A DNA stretch of 48,679 bases from Chloroflexota bacterium (lineage in GTDB: Bacteria; Chloroflexota; Limnocylindria; QHBO01). The stretch lies in the NCBI GenBank assembly GCA_013694795.1, contig JACDBS010000117.1, positions 1-48,679 of the forward strand, read 5' to 3'. The notes under the pieces were generated by a model. The model saw nothing but the letters and a program-made list of their open reading frames with translations. It had not been told where the DNA came from and ran no database searches. Made by a program: the position numbers and the translations under genes. Positions 44,904 to 48,679 of this stretch are shown one piece after another (the stretch's first letter is position 1; each line of letters begins with the position of its first letter).

Positions 44904-45488
44904 TCAGCCGCCGAAGTCGAAGACCGAGTGGCATTCCACGGTGGCGTCGATCGCCGCCCCGTCGCTCGTTTCGCCATCGATGCTGATGGTGGCCGTATCG
45001 CCACGGTCATCAACCGAGACTGTGCCGGTGCCGTTGCTCTCCGGCGGCTCGATGTCGACCGTCGTCCCCCCGAGCAGGTCGCCGAATGTCAACGAGGTCA
45101 TGAAGTCGTCCGTGCCACCGCCCGTGGCGGCATCGGCGTCGTTCACCACCAGTTGAAGGCTGCTGAGCTCCACGTCCTCGCTGGTGCTGTACTGAAGACC
45201 GAAGGTGTTGTCGCCGGTGGCCCCGCGGCTGCATCCGCCATCGGGGACGCTGCCGGAATAGGTGCCCGCGAATGCGCCGCCGGAAACCGTGACCTCCACG
45301 CTTGCCGTGGCATCGCCGTCGCTGCCGCCAGCCGAACCACCGTCCGTCGACGTGTCATCCGTGGCCGCGGTGGTTGGATTGGTGTCGGTTTCCTCTTCCG
45401 TGGCATCGGTCGATGACGCCCCGCCGCAGCCGGCGAGGACCAGCGCCAGGATGAGGGCGGGCGCTGCGGAGATTCGAAGATGTCGCAT
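44904..45488 (-). CDS. acidic Thr/Asp/Gly-rich lipoprotein
   Basis: Only the C-terminal 194 codons of the 816-aa track ORF are taken as real: MRHLRISAAPALILALVLAGCGG (lipobox LAGC). GGGAGGA lies nine nt upstream of ATG 45488. Confidence 0.65.
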   Translation of the reverse strand: MRHLRISAAPALILALVLAGCGGASSTDATEEETDTNPTTAATDDTSTDGGSAGGSDGDATASVEVTVSGGAFAGTYSGSVPDGGCSRGATGDNTFGLQYSTSEDVELSSLQLVVNDADAATGGGTDDFMTSLTFGDLLGGTTVDIEPPESNGTGTVSVDDRGDTATISIDGETSDGAAIDATVECHSVFDFGG

Positions 45489-45671
45489 GGATCGTGATTC
45501 CTCCCTGGTCGCTGAACAGGTTCTGCTATGGACGAACGCTGAGCGTATGCACGATGCGGGCCGCGACGGCGGGGAAGGGACCGCGCGGTCGATCGCTATA
45601 CTGGGATTCGACCACTCGACCCGGGACGGGCGCACCCGTCCGGCGCCGATCTTCGACCGCAGCCGCACACC

Positions 45672-48554
<2,883 letters not shown>

Positions 48555-48560
48555 CGGTAA

Positions 48561-48591
48561 GTCTCATGTGCTACCATGTAGCACATGAGAC
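48561..48591. promoter_or_regulatory. perfect 14-bp inverted repeat overlapping the antitoxin start codon (candidate operator and/or acnA terminator)
   Basis: GTCTCATGTGCTAC-cat-GTAGCACATGAGAC. It begins 7 nt after the acnA stop, and its right arm contains the ATG at 48585. Confidence 0.55.
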
Positions 48592-48679
48592 GCATCGGGA
48601 TTCGGGAGCTGCGGCAGAACGCATCGGAGTACGTGCGCGCCGCGGAGGCGGGCGAGACGATCGAGGTGACGGATCGCGG
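48585..48679 (+). CDS. Phd/YefM-family type II antitoxin (5' fragment; runs off the window)
   Basis: MRRIGIRELRQNASEYVRAAEAGETIEVTDR..., a typical prevent-host-death antitoxin N-terminus. Confidence 0.7.
   Translation, partial: MRRIGIRELRQNASEYVRAAEAGETIEVTDR

Noticed and set aside
45624-45641. IRE-like aconitase-binding stem-loop in the acnA leader
   Set aside because: The loop is CGCA rather than CAGUG-like, and there is no bulged C. It is kept only as a generic hairpin.

Overview
High-GC bacterial chromosomal window, densely packed and mostly housekeeping. Many stop/start overlaps (ATGA, GTGA) indicate translational coupling. No rRNA, tRNA, CRISPR array or transposase was recognised. Gene order, left to right:
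- DUF2330-like protein plus cupredoxin pair, two small paralogous membrane proteins, a VIT1/CCC1 transporter and a DUF4349 lipoprotein.
- carA and carB; CarB ends right after its second ATP-grasp domain.
- A membrane protein and a 970-aa lamin-tail-domain surface protein with duplicated OB-like modules.
- A nucleoside phosphorylase and a 47-aa zinc-ribbon ORF that is absent from the ORF track.
- A coupled ROK-kinase/gap/pgk/eno block, a SAM methyltransferase, a long-tailed S20 and a VanW protein.
- A Bacillus-like block: lepA, CPBP protease, hemW, CIRCE-hrcA-grpE-dnaK, [mscL, xth, ycaQ-like glycosylase], CIRCE-dnaJ-prmA-rsmE, HIT, rpsU (TTG start, not in the track), yqeY, pgpH, ybeY.
- An FAD oxidoreductase, pth and mfd.
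- A small minus-strand islet: lipoprotein, 101-aa protein, minimal nucleotidyltransferase.
- acnA, then the 5' end of a Phd/YefM antitoxin gene sitting in a perfect 14-bp palindrome.

I found no clear large novel system. The most notable observations:
- The dnaK operon is split by a three-gene block, and a second CIRCE operator sits in front of dnaJ.
- The overlapping 101-aa/nucleotidyltransferase cassette.
- CarB lacks the allosteric domain.
- The LTD/OB-repeat surface protein has no nuclease domain.
- S20 carries a Lys/Ala-rich tail.
- A structured roughly 110-nt element lies in the ybeY 3' gap.

Most long antisense or out-of-frame ORFs in the track are treated as high-GC artefacts.
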